Below, piece by piece: positions 1-12,085 of a stretch of DNA of 64,000 nt. The stretch's first letter is position 1. Each line of letters opens with the position of its first letter. Below the pieces are notes generated by a model. The model ran no database searches. It saw only the letters and a program-made list of their open reading frames with translations, and was not told the DNA's origin. The stretch spans positions 47,802,001 through 47,866,000 of the forward strand of contig NC_043005.1 in assembly GCF_006345805.1 (NCBI RefSeq), in the 5' to 3' direction. The stretch comes from Octopus sinensis. Its lineage: Eukaryota. The translations under genes were made by a program, and so were the position numbers.

Positions 1-152
1 AAGGCTTCATCAGGCCCAGTCAAATCTGGCAGTGTTTCGACTGGGCCTGATGAAGCCTTCTGGCTTCACAGACCCCAGTAGAACCGTCCAACCCATGCTA
101 GCATGGAAAACGGACGCTAAACGATGATGATGATGATGATGATGATGATGAT
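1..152. mobile_element. RTE-associated SINE-like repeat with inverted junction; minus-strand copy ends in a (GAT)n tail
   Basis: Same family as 40120-40600. Bases 1-21 are the reverse complement of 39-59. Confidence 0.75.
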
Positions 153-554
153 ATTATTTACATGTTTTTAAATTATGAAACAATTTGTCATGATATTTGA
201 ATTTTTTTTTTATTATTATATTTAATAAATTAATTACTTACATGTCTGCATTAATATAAAATGCAAAAATTTTTTTGAATAATGCAGAACTTAAACTACA
301 ACCTCAGGTGAAAGAAAGTCTTTGTTAAATACTAAATTCTCAACATAATGTTACAAGAATGCAAAGTTAAAATTTTAAAAGATTATGGAAGACAATAATA
401 ATAAAATTGATATAAATTAATAAGATAATTTTTTAATAGGAAATTTTAGTAATATAATCAAAAGGCAACTAGTAGATAATATTAGTACAATAAAAGAAAA
501 GAGATATATTTATTACTAAAAAGCTAGAAAATAAAAGATCGTAAAATAAAGAAA

Positions 555-558
<4 letters not shown>

Positions 559-614
<56 letters not shown>

Positions 615-660
615 TAATAATAATAATAATAATAACAACAACAACATCAACAATAACAAA
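559..660. repeat. (TAA)n/(CAA)n microsatellite
   Basis: Direct reading. Confidence 0.95.
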
Positions 661-809
661 TTAAAACTAAATAAAAGTATTTAGAGACAATATTTATGGA
701 ATATAAGGAGTGATATCTACAAGAAGATATGAAGAATATAAAATTAATATATATGCACACAATAACTATATAGATATACTATGTATGTATGTAAGTATGT
801 GTGTGCATG

Positions 810-850
<41 letters not shown>

Positions 851-929
851 CGGTATCTCAAAGACAGAATGCAAATAACTATGATGCTATTGTTTTCCTT
901 CCCTTTTCTCTGTAACAATGTTATGTTTA

Positions 930-1053
930 ATAAATCTCTGAACGAGTTATAAACAGTAACCACTCGACAACGTAAGGTGTACTAGCCATCTGAATGTGGC
1001 TAGTAACACCCCACCCCCAGTGGCTAGCCACATTCAGATGGCTAGTACACCTT
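930..1053. mobile_element. Small insertion with an internal 32-bp inverted repeat, flanked by 15-bp direct repeats
   Basis: ACAATGTTATGTTTA at 915-929 and 1054-1068. IR arms at 972-1003 and 1024-1055. Confidence 0.6.
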
Positions 1054-1331
1054 ACAATGTTATGTTTACTTGACTGATAATTTAGTAGAAAGCAATAAAC
1101 TATAAGAAGAGAATGGCATGCATTCACAGACAAAGTTTAATGTTGGCAGCAAAATATTCAAAATGAATGAAAATACAGAGAATCTAAGCGAAATGATATT
1201 GCTTTTTATAATGTAAATGCTTATTATAATTGTCTTTTATTTTTTAGGATGATCTGTCTATAACTCCTTTGACTGATTTAAATATAAGCTATGTTACTGT
1301 TTCATAAGTTTGGTAAAAACGTATGCTTTAA

Positions 1332-1918
1332 CTCTTTACCATTCAGATTACTCTATCAAATATAATGCTTCTTTTAACATATTATTTTGAATTAATCATT
1401 CATTATCTTGTAACTGTAAAAGTTCAATGATGTGATTGTTTATTTTTAGAATAACCATGTAGGGTAGGTATGAGAGGCCAGATCTGACCAATTTGAGCAT
1501 AAAAACAAGTGGAATATTTATGCTGAATGTGGTCGGTTTAAATCAAGGGTTTTCAACCATTATTTTAACTCTGGATCACTTTGGTTACTATTTTATTCTG
1601 GTGGACCCCCATAGCTATTCAGTGTTCAGAAACTACTTTTATAGAAATGTCTTTCAAAATTCCTATTTCCTTTTTACTCATTATCTTGTGTAGGTTAAAC
1701 TATGTAAAATGTTAGAGAAAGAAATCTAATGTATCTTGTATTACATAGCTATATGTATATCTAAAGCAAAAATTTTTCAGGTGCTTTGAAATACTTTTAT
1801 GGATCCCCATTTTATTATTTTGTTGCATGGATCTCCCACCCTCACCCCAGAAATCTTATATGGATACTCAGAGGACAAATCAACCCAGATGAAAACTATC
1901 GGTTTAAATGTTTAAGGG
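1332..1918. mobile_element. TTAA-type (piggyBac-like) MITE interrupted by a hAT MITE
   Basis: TTAA at 1328-1331 followed by CTCTTTACCATTC; right end AATGTTTAAGGG. Same family at 8663-8879, ~36195-36390 and ~62826. Confidence 0.7.
1544..1901. mobile_element. hAT (Charlie-type) MITE
   Basis: 8-bp TSD GTTTAAAT at 1536-1543 and 1902-1909. Degenerate CAxxGGTTTTCAAC-type TIRs. Confidence 0.7.
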
Positions 1919-2436
1919 TTACAAATTACCATTTTGTTCTGTAAAATACTGCAAAAATTCTTAAATATTCTCGGTTGAAATATTACATTGTGAAAATGAG
2001 TAATTAAGGAAATTAACCTAAACAGAAAAATAAAATAAAAACTGGAGAAATTTAATCTTTCCAGAATTGGTTTCATTTCTTCACTTCATCAAGTATTTCA
2101 CAGCATTCTTCTGACAAGTCTTGATTTCAGCAGATTTATTTAACTTACACAATGACCCAAAAGTAAGCAATATGATCAATTTTTCTATATAAGAGGTTTG
2201 GCAGAAACCATATGAAATTAATTACAGCAAATCAGTTTTAGAGTCAACAGAAAGTTATAATTAAGAGCTTGGAAATAATAAATGCAAACAGTGTACGATA
2301 AAATTTCAAGTACTACAAATAGCAATCAAGAACGGAAAGGTTACAGAGAATGTAAAACCAGATGATAATTTGTTTAAAATTGCAAAAACAAATTGAATGT
2401 GATCACTATCATGAAATGCTTAATAGATGATTTGAG

Positions 2437-2472
<36 letters not shown>

Positions 2473-3144
2473 ATATATATGTATATAATAAGTGTAGGTG
2501 GTACTACTGTTATTTCGGCCGCTAGTCATTTCCCCAGCTTCAGCCAACAAATCTAGTCAACACACAAGACAGCTATTATGCTCCCTCCCCCACAAAAAAC
2601 CACCACGTGGACTCTGTTGAGACTAGTAAGAAACAATTATGAACTATTTTATTACACTTAACTTTTAAAAATATTTTTGATAAGGTTCATTTTTCAAGAA
2701 GAACCGAAACATGTAAAATTTCTAAGAAAATTAAAATTTATCTTATTTAGTAGCGTTTTCAAACTTCTATTTATAAATATATATATATACATACACGTAC
2801 ACATGTATATATATGCATACACTTACATGCTTACACATACATATGAGAAGGTGCTGAAAAGTTCTTCGCTTTAAGGGTATCACAGAAGGCCTGGTTGGAG
2901 GCCCAAACTTTCGACTTCTTTTACAGGGCTTAAGAAAACTGAAGGACTGCTGTAGTAAGTGTGTGAGAGGGGAATATGTTGGATAAAATCATAATTAACT
3001 GATCCTCTTGTATTTTCTTTTAGCCAAAACCAGGAACTTTTCAGAATCTCCTCATACATATGTATGCATATATATATATATATATATACATGCACATATT
3101 TATGTATATATGTATGTATATGTAAATATGTATGTATGTGTGTC

Positions 3145-3245
3145 TTCTTTCCTGAGCATCAAATAATACTTTAATTGTTCCACGTCCTCGCGTTGATGTG
3201 TTTTCTTGTTTTTTTTCTGTGTTTTCTTGTTTGGATTAACTATAT
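3145..3245 (+). mobile_element. Penelope-like 3'/pLTR fragment, lacking the HHR
   Basis: Matches 14100-14195 (TTCCTGAGC...TTGTTCCACGTCCTCGCGTTG...TTGGATTAACT). Confidence 0.55.
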
Positions 3246-3344
3246 ATATATCATATATATATATATATATTTGCCATTGTTTTAATTGGAATATTTACAT
3301 ATTACAGTGTGCATTAATGTGTGTGTGTATGTGTGTGTATGTAT

Positions 3345-3376
<32 letters not shown>

Positions 3377-3499
3377 AGAGGTATTGGTATCAAGGAGACT
3401 CAAGATGACAGGTAAGTTTATGTAAGTGCTATGGAAGGACCACAATTAGACTCTTGGTTCGATAATAATATGAGTCTAATGCGGGTCATGTGTGAGCAT

Positions 3500-3632
3500 G
3501 TATATGTTAAATAAAGCGAGACAACAAAATCAAGGCTGTGTGGAATTTATAGGATATTTATAAGATATTTATAAATATCCTATAAATTCCTCACAGCCTT
3601 GGTTTTGTTGTCTCATTCTATTTAACATATAT
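3500..3632. repeat. Near-perfect palindrome, ~63-bp arms
   Basis: ATGTTAAATAAAGCGAGACAACAAAATCAAGGCTGTGTGGAATTTATAGG... mirrored at 3567-3632. Right arm is duplicated again at 3671-3718. Confidence 0.85.
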
Positions 3633-3725
3633 ACATACACACATATACTTATATATATGTATGTATGCATGGTTTTGTTGTCTCATTTTATTTAACATAT
3701 ATACATACACACATATATATATATG

Positions 3726-3767
<42 letters not shown>

Positions 3768-4430
3768 CATATATGTATGTATATATATACATGCATATAC
3801 GTTCTTGCTTACATATACATACATACATAGATGTACACTCTTTAAATACATATACATATATTCTTCCTATACACAAATAGACATCATCTGTAAATATACT
3901 CCTGATACATGTCGTATATAAATGTGTGTGTGTGTGTATGTATATATATATATATATATATATATACACGCACACACACACACATATATATATATACATA
4001 TATACATATATACATACATGTACAATTTATTCATCCTGAATAATTTGATTTCTGTATAAATTGACTCATTAATAAGATCTTATTGAAACAGAAGTATACA
4101 TAAGTGTTGATAAAATGAGATTCATTGAACTGCAGCATGTCTGGAGCTTTAACTCATATGCTGAAAGCTGGAAAATAGAATGGCAAAAATAGGAATAACT
4201 TGTTGTATAACTTGCATAAATTGAGTAGTTTCATAACTGATAGATGTAAATCTTCAGTTGAGTGCAAATTACAATGAAAGCATTGAAAAAGAGAATGGTA
4301 AATTATATATTTGTAAAGATGTAGAGTGCATATAATTACACATTGAATATACGTAGGAAGGTCTGTAATTGTATTGTTACATAATCAGTGGTGACTTGCA
4401 TATTCATATACACATACATGGAACAAATAT

Positions 4431-4472
<42 letters not shown>

Positions 4473-4655
4473 GTGTGTGTGTTTTATGTGTGCATATATA
4501 TGTAAATATATATATAAAGATGTGTGTGTGTGTGTGTGCATATATGTCTGTCTGTCTATCTGTATGAATGTATGTATGTGTGTATATATGTATATATATA
4601 TAATATATATGGTGAATTTAAAACAATAGAATTAAATATACCTTGAGCATACTGA

Positions 4656-4691
<36 letters not shown>

Positions 4692-4696
<5 letters not shown>

Positions 4697-5500
4697 GGAG
4701 TGCAATGGGTACATTGCTGCCAATTTATACTTTTAGTTTTGCACATACATATTGCTTGTTTTTGATTTTGTCCACTACACAGTATAGTAGGGTCAGTTGG
4801 GTACCTTGATGCAATTCACTCCAGAAATTTGGAAATGACATGCTGTACTGCTTGGCATTCATGCAGAAAGCTGCAATACGAACATTTCAAAGTGTTTGGC
4901 TGTCAATCTGTTGGTTTGCAATGACCCTAAAACATCTACTGAGAGTGATAAAAATCTAGAGGCCAGTCAACAGCATGATGTTTCGAGTCATCAGTAGTGA
5001 TGACGAAGTTATGTTTCCATTCAGCTTCCCACATGGCCTCAGACTCAACACAGAGGCCTACATCAAGTGCCTGGAGGAGGTAGTGATGCCCTGGATCAAG
5101 AGAGTGGTTGCTGGAAGACCCTATGCCTTGCAACAGGGCTCTGCACCATGCCATACAAGCAGGCAAACCCAGTCATGGCTGTCAGACAATTTCTGCCACT
5201 ACATTACCCCTAACATCTGGCCACCTAACTCTTTAGACTGTAACCTTGCTTGATTATTATGTGTAGGGTGCAGTTGAGTGAAAGACCAAGAATACTCCTC
5301 ATAACACCAAAGACGAACTGAAGGCAAGGATCATGGCAGCATTCACCAACTTAAACAAGGAGACTGACTAGAAGAAGTGTTGCAGGAGATTTTGACGTCG
5401 CCTAGTGGCCGTGATGGCGATTTTATCGAATAAATTTATCCTTTGGTATTTCAAGGTATTTTTATGCAATTTTGGTAAATATATCTGTTAAAATGAGATG
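4692..5500 (+). mobile_element. Decayed Tc1/mariner transposon, maT/DD37D-like transposase C-terminal remnant
   Basis: ORF 4975-5253 contains QQGSAPCHTS and WPPNSLDCN (consensus QQDSAP and WPPNSPDLNP). Broken continuation DYYV.GAVE...ELKARIMAAF follows. Confidence 0.85.
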
Positions 5501-5557
5501 TCTGTGTTATTTTTATTTTTGAATATGCCATGTATCTTAAAGCAATCTCCAATATAT

Positions 5558-5588
<31 letters not shown>

Positions 5589-5589
5589 G

Positions 5590-5880
5590 TTATAATTATG
5601 AGTATAATTATAATTAGGGTTCAGCAAAAAATTTGCTTCACCATACACCAAAATTTAGAAATAGCAGTTAAAACTAGCTATTTCTCTACTATAACTAGCA
5701 ATTTCTAAATTTCGGTATGTGGTGAAGCAAATTTTTTGCTGAACCCTAATTATAATTATACTCATAATTATAAAAATTTTTCTTTAATTTTAAGTTTACC
5801 GATAATGGTTCATTTAACATACCGAACTACTTGGTAATATTATTAATTATTAATTAATTTTACCCTTCATCATTATTGAT
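5590..5880 (-). mobile_element. Interspersed repeat (family of 30042-30695) with an inverted terminal duplication
   Basis: Arms 5590-5665 and 5698-5773. 5770-5880 is the reverse complement of ~30495-30605. Confidence 0.75.
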
Positions 5881-6454
5881 ATATATATATAGAGAGAGAG
5901 AGATAGATAGATAGATAGATAGATATATAGATAGATAGATAGATAGATAGGCAGGCAGGCAGGCCATAAGACTGACAGACATATCTACACATACATACAT
6001 ATGCATACATACATACGTACATACATACATACATACACACATATATATATCATATTGTTTTATTGACGCTGAAAAGGCTTCGCAAACTCAGAGTTTTTCC
6101 TAACCAATCATCAGATATGTATGATTGTTTGAATACCACTTACATTGAGACCATCATCAATGTTAGTGCTGTTGTCTGTGGCGATCAAGTAGAATCATGA
6201 TCATACCATTCTAGTCATGGCGGTCACGTCTTTTAATGGGTATTTAAGATTAGATACTCCAATACATTTTTCTCCCTATATTTTTACCTTTAAATGTGAT
6301 ATGAGAGAAATTTCATTGCTAATTCTTGCATGTTTAGCAACCATGTAGAGCCTACTTTGTCATTCAATCTATATGATGCTCTCTTCTATATCTACTTCCA
6401 AATATCTTTCCCAAATATGATGCTTTACTTAATATCTTCCCCAAATATCTACAG

Positions 6455-6854
6455 CTCTTTTACTCTTTTACTTGTTTCAGTCATTTGACTATGGCCATGC
6501 TGGAGCGCCGCCTTTAGTTGAGCAAATCGACCCCAGGACTTATTCTTTGTATTCTATTGGTTTCTTTTGCTGAACCGCTAAGTTATGGAGACGTAAACAC
6601 ACCACCATCGGTTGTCAAACAGTGTTGGGGGGGGGGACAAACGCAGACACACAAACATATATACATACATACATATATATATGCATATATACGATGGGCT
6701 TCTTTCAGTTTCCGTCTACCAAATCCACTCACAAGGCTTTGGTCAGCCCGGGGCTATAGTAGAAGACACTTGCCCAAGGTACCACACAGTGAGACTGAAC
6801 CCGGAATCATGTGGTTGGTAAGCAAGCTTCTTACCACACAGCCACTCCTGCGCC
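6455..6854 (-). mobile_element. tRNA-derived SINE family A (octopus-type), full length
   Basis: Head GGCGCAGGAGTGGCTGTGTGGTAAG with B box GGTTCAGTC, internal (TA)(TG) tract, GAAACAAGTAAAAGAG tail. Confidence 0.9.
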
Positions 6855-7884
6855 TAAACATTAAATTTAGATTTTCACCTGAAAATTGTTACCTTAAATA
6901 AATTTTCGTGGTATGCTACTCCATATTTTCAAGCTCCATATACAAAGGCTCAGACTCTATGCAATATACATAGCTTTCTACTGTCTCACATATCCTCCCT
7001 AACTATTCTTTTTTAAATATAATAATAATAAATAATATTCACAGACCATCAGTTTATAAATTTAGTCAATTGACTCTGTAAAAGATACATTTGGTTTGTA
7101 TAGTTTTACATGTTTTTACTCTCTAAGTGCACTGTACTTGGGATCAAAGATGGCTTTAATGTGATCTGATCATATGCAATTTCATTTATTACATTAGAAG
7201 TTTCACAAACAAATATCTATTTGCAAACATTTTTACGACTCACTAGAATGGCAGGATACATTTGGGAGTGACAGTGCAGAGTATTGGTGGCAGGTTTTCT
7301 ATCTTCCTTTTCCCATATATCTACTGAGTATTACAGTTCATTAAGATGTCAACTTGTCTTGCTGAATTGGGTGTGAGAAGAAAATCAAGAGAAATCATAG
7401 AACTTGCAGAATAATCTTTTAATGGCTTTTTCTAAGGTGGTTCAAATTGACCTGTAATTTGGGTCAGGTGGAAATTAAGTTGAATTTAAAAGAAAAAGGA
7501 AATTAAAAACGCTAAAATCTGTCTACAAGAAATATGATTAAATGGACAAAATTTAGTACTTCTCATCATTCTGATATGAAAAATAACATTAACATTTTAT
7601 ACAGTCTAAAAGCAAGGAAATTATGGACATTCTTTGTTTCTCTAATTTCACTCCTCTCACTCTCCCTTCCTCTCTTTCTCTCTCTCTCCCAGTCTTTCAC
7701 ATTGTAGTAGTGTGTAAATGAAATAATAAGGTTGCAAGCAATAGCGGGTTAGTAAACTTCTTGTAAGCTGACTCAGTAAGACATGATAACAGTTCAATTC
7801 CTTGTTGAGACATTTCCTTTTATAGATTTCTTATAAGTTTGATTAAGCATGGTTTCAAACTTTTGGTGTAAGGCCAGAAAACTT

Positions 7885-8045
7885 AGTGGAGGGATCCTAG
7901 TGTTCAACTGATACTTATTTTATCGACCTAGAAAAGATTGAAAACAAAGTCAACCCTGGCAGAATTTGAACTTAGAATGTAAAGACAGTTGAAATGCTGT
8001 AAAGCATCTTGATTGGTGTACTAATACTTCTTCCAGCTTGCCACC
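7885..8045 (-). mobile_element. SINE family B, partial and diverged
   Basis: Reverse complement of the GAGCTGGCAGAA...GAGTTCAAATT...CCTTTCATCC...GTCGATAAA body. Confidence 0.7.
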
Positions 8046-8077
8046 TCAAGCATGGTAAATTTTAATAAGTATACATA

Positions 8078-8480
8078 GGTGCAAGAGTGGCTGTGGGGTA
8101 AGCAGCTTGATTACCAACCACATGGTTCCGGGTTCAGTACCATTGCGTGGCACCTTAGACAAGTATCTTCTACTATAGCCTCGGGCCGACCAAAGCCTTG
8201 TGAGTGGATTTGGTAGACGGAAACTGAAAGAAGCCCGTCGTATATATGTATATATATATGTATGTTTGTGTGTCTGTGTTTGTTCCCCCCAACATTGCTT
8301 GACAACCGATGCTAGTGTGTTTACGTCCTCGTAACTTAGCAGTTCGGCATAAGAGACCGATAGAATATGTTCTAGGCTTACAAAGAATAAGTCCTGGAGT
8401 TGATTTGCTCGACTAAAAGGCATTGCTCCAGCATGGCCGCAGTCAAATGATTGAAACAAGTAAAAGGGTAAAAGAGTAAA
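8078..8480 (+). mobile_element. SINE family A
   Basis: Full head, body and tail as in 6455-6854. Confidence 0.9.
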
Positions 8481-8662
8481 GGGTATTTATGTTTGAAGTT
8501 GTAGGCTACAACAAGGCTTTTAGGGAGCTGCAATTTTGCTCAGAGGCAAATGCTTACAAAGAGAACCTCATAGGCTACTTGACTACTTTTTGTATACACT
8601 ATGCATTTGGACAAGGCAAGGAAATGGGCTCCGCTGCATTGACATTTGTAGAAGTCTGTTAA

Positions 8663-8879
8663 CTCTTTAGCATTCAAATCACTGTGTCAAATGTAATATT
8701 TATTCCCATTGTTTTGAATTAATCATGTATTATCTTGTAGCTTCAAGATTTTGTTGATTTGCTTATGTTTTTTTTTAGAATGACATTGTAGGGTAGGTGT
8801 GAGAGGCCAATTCTGGCCAGTTGAACATAAAAAAGGCAGAATATTTGGGCTGGATATGCCCAGTTTTAATGCTAAAGGG
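8663..8879. mobile_element. TTAA-type MITE
   Basis: TTAA|CTCTTTAGCATT ... AATGCTAAAGGG TIRs. Confidence 0.75.
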
Positions 8880-9454
8880 ATAAAGTAAAAGGAGAAATGC
8901 TCATGACTTTTGCAGTTTCTTATAAACTGGAGGAATCAATGCAGTCAAATATTGTCCAGATTGACAAGTTATCAGACAAAGCGTGGGATAGAAGAGATTT
9001 CCAGAGTGATATAGTTTCATTAGTATTTTATTATTTTCTTTTGCTATGTCTTTACTATGTCCTACCAATTCTAATTTAAATGCACACTTTACAAAAATAC
9101 TGCTATTAGTTGCTGACAATGAACTCTACCTAAATGTACTTAATGTGTTTGTTCACCTGGCCAATGTAAGCTTTATGCACCAGAAATGATGTACACATCT
9201 TCTTTTAACTGGATCATTATCTTCATATCCCATCTGAAATCACTTTTTCTTTTTAAATCATAAAATTGTGGTCTTTACATAAGGTTATCCAGGTTTGTGG
9301 AATCATAAGCCCCTCCTCATCCGCCGACCTAATAAATCCTTTATGCATATACAGTCTGGACCCTAATTTGCCCAATTTTGAAATAGAAGTGTTTCTGGAC
9401 ACAAGAAAACTGCTTCAAAATGTATTTGTCAAGAATACTTTTAAAGAAATGTGG

Positions 9455-10010
9455 CTGCCAATCCCCAGTTGGTGAAAAACTAGCACTCTGTCAGTTATAA
9501 AGACAGAGGTTCCAGTTAGTCCAATCAATGAAACAGCCTGCTTATGGAATTAACATGCAAGTGGCTGAGCACTCCACATGATATGTGTACCCTTAACCCT
9601 TTCATTACTATCCTGGCTGAATCTGGCTCTGAGTACAAATGTCTTGTTTTCATAAGTTTTGAATTCAAATCTTCCTCCAAACATTAGTTAGAATTTATAT
9701 TCCTAGTTGAATGATAACTAAGTTATTTTACTAAATTCTTTGTTATATTTAAAGTAATTGAAAGAAACACAGAGCATCTCAACAGAAATACAGTAATGAA
9801 AGAGTTAATGTAGTTCTCAGGGAGATTTGCCATGACACAGAATGTAATGGGGCTCCCCTTGAAATACAAGTATTACTCATTTTTGCCAACTGAGTGGACT
9901 GGACCACCATGAAATAAAATTTCTTGCTCAAGGAGACAATGCTCTGCCAGGTATCAAACTCATTACCTCACAATCACAAGCCAAACGCCCTAACCACTTA
10001 GCCATGCATC
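9455..10010 (-). mobile_element. tRNA-derived SINE family C (CORE/Meta-like TTGAGCAAG core), interrupted
   Basis: Head near 10010 on the minus strand; body matches 28165-28370 and 29080-29200. Confidence 0.75.
9597..9804. mobile_element. Second TTAA-type MITE nested in SINE C
   Basis: TTAA at 9593-9596 and 9805-9808. TIRs CCCTTTCATTAC / GTAATGAAAGAG. Confidence 0.85.
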
Positions 10011-10609
10011 TTAACCACTTGATGAATAAATCATCAAAGGTAGCAAGACAGAAAAAGTGAGTAAAGTTTATACTTTTGCAAGAGAGAGAGAGAGAGAGTA
10101 TGAGTGTGTGGTTTTACAAACTACAGACACACACACACACTCTCACTCTCTCTCCTCCTCTCACACACATACAAACAGACACATATATACATATATATAC
10201 ATGCATGCATATGTACAACCACACTTGGTGAGCATTTCATCCTAGTAAGGTGCAGCTCCATTAGCGATTTGTTTGCAAGAGAAAAGGTTGAAAATTCAAA
10301 GCAAAATGTTCTTAACTAGATTCTTAATCATCTTTCAGGTGTGTTCTAAGAGAAAACGCTTATGGATTAACAGCTTGTCATCAAAAACATGATACAACAG
10401 AAAGCATAGATTTCTGGTGTGAGTGAAATAAATTAATAAATGTGAGTAGAAATAAATGAATACATCTTTTATCTTTTTACTTGTTTCAGTCATTTTTGAC
10501 TGTGACCATGATGGGGCACGCACCACATTGAAGGGTTTTAGTTGAACAAATCAACCTCAGGACTTACTTTTTAAAGCTTAGTAGTTATCCTATCAGTCTC
10601 TATTATTTC

Positions 10610-11000
10610 TTTATGGATAAACATAGAGGGGACAAACGGATTAAGTCAATTAAATCGACACCAGTGTGTAACTGGTACTTAATTTATCGACCCAGAAAAA
10701 ATGAAAGGCAAAGTTGACCTAGGCAGAATTTGAACTCAGAACATAGCGGCAGATGAAATATCTATTTCTTTACTACCCATAAGGGGCTAAACACAGAGGG
10801 GACAAACAAGGACAGACAAAGGGTTAAGTCGATTAAATCGACCCTAGTGCATAACTGGTACTTAATTTATCGACCCCGAAAGGATGAAAGGTAAAGTCGA
10901 TCTCGGCAGAATTTGAACTCAGAACGTTGTGGCAGACAAAATACCACTAAGCATTTCGCCCGATGTTCTAATGATTCTGCCAGCTCACCGCCTTCAGTCT
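10610..11000 (-). mobile_element. Tandem SINE family B pair, one truncated and one full
   Basis: Two copies of the GGGGACAAAC...TCGACCC..AAA..ATGAAAGG body; head CTGCCAGCTCACCGCC at ~10980-10993. Confidence 0.85.
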
Positions 11001-11229
11001 CTTTTGCCAAACTACTAGGTTATGGGGACATTTGTATTACTTGTCCTGTTTGCCATTTTTTCTCTCGATGTTTGCGTATTTAACTCGTTTTTGTATTTCA
11101 TGTTGTTTTATTGTTCGTGATGTCATGTACCCATATATGCATATATATATATGTATGTGTGTGTGTGTGTGTGTGTATCTATATATGTGTATATATATAT
11201 ATATATTATATACATATGTATATATATGT

Positions 11230-11276
<47 letters not shown>

Positions 11277-11359
11277 CACACATAGAGAGAGAGACTAACT
11301 GAAAACAGAAATAAAATCAAAAGCAACAAAAATCAAAAAGGCATACACAGTGAGTATAT

Positions 11360-11590
11360 ATTTCTTTACTGCCCAGAAGGGGCTAAACATAGTGGGGACA
11401 AACAAGGACAGACGAAGGGATTGAGTCGATTATATCGCCCCCAGTGCGAAACTGGTACTTTATTTATCGACCTTGAAAAGATGAAAGGCAAAGTTGACCT
11501 CGGTGGAATTTGAACTCAGAACGTAACGAGAGACAAAATACCGCTAAGCATTTCGCCCGGCATGCTAACGTGTCTGCCAGCTCGCCACCT
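11360..11590 (-). mobile_element. SINE family B
   Basis: Full-length match to 28384-28613. Confidence 0.9.
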
Positions 11591-11679
11591 GTGACACTCA
11601 GTTTAAGATAGAAGAAAAGAGGGCAAGGTGAGGTCTTGAATATGGCTCTTTGTCACAAGAAAGAGGAAAGAGAAAAGAA

Positions 11680-12085
11680 CAGGAGTGGCTGTGTGGTAAG
11701 TAGCTTGCTAACCAACCACATGGTTCCGGGTTCAGTCCCACTGCGTGGCATCTTGGGCAAGTGTCTTCTGCTATAGCCCCGGGCCGACCAATGCCTTGTG
11801 AGTGGATTTGGTAGACGGAAACTGAAAGAAGCCTGTCGTATATCTCTATATATATATATGTGTATCTGTGTGCGTGTTTGTGTATGTGTGTTTGTCCCCC
11901 TAGCATTGCTTGACAACCGATGCTGGTGTATTTACGTCCCTGTCACTTAGCAGTTCGGCAAAAAGAGACCGATAGAATAAATACTGGGCTTACAAAGAAT
12001 AAGTCCCGGGGTCGATTTGCTCGACTAAAGGTGGTGCTCCAGCATGGCCGCAGTCAAATGACTGAAACAAGTAAAAGAGTAAAGA
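11680..12085 (+). mobile_element. SINE family A, low divergence
   Basis: CpG-rich, full head to tail. Confidence 0.9.

Noticed and set aside
46-75. CTGATGA followed by a hairpin (AGCC-TTCT-GGCT)
   Set aside because: No GAAA or NUH follows; it is the reverse complement of the RTE-SINE body, not a hammerhead.
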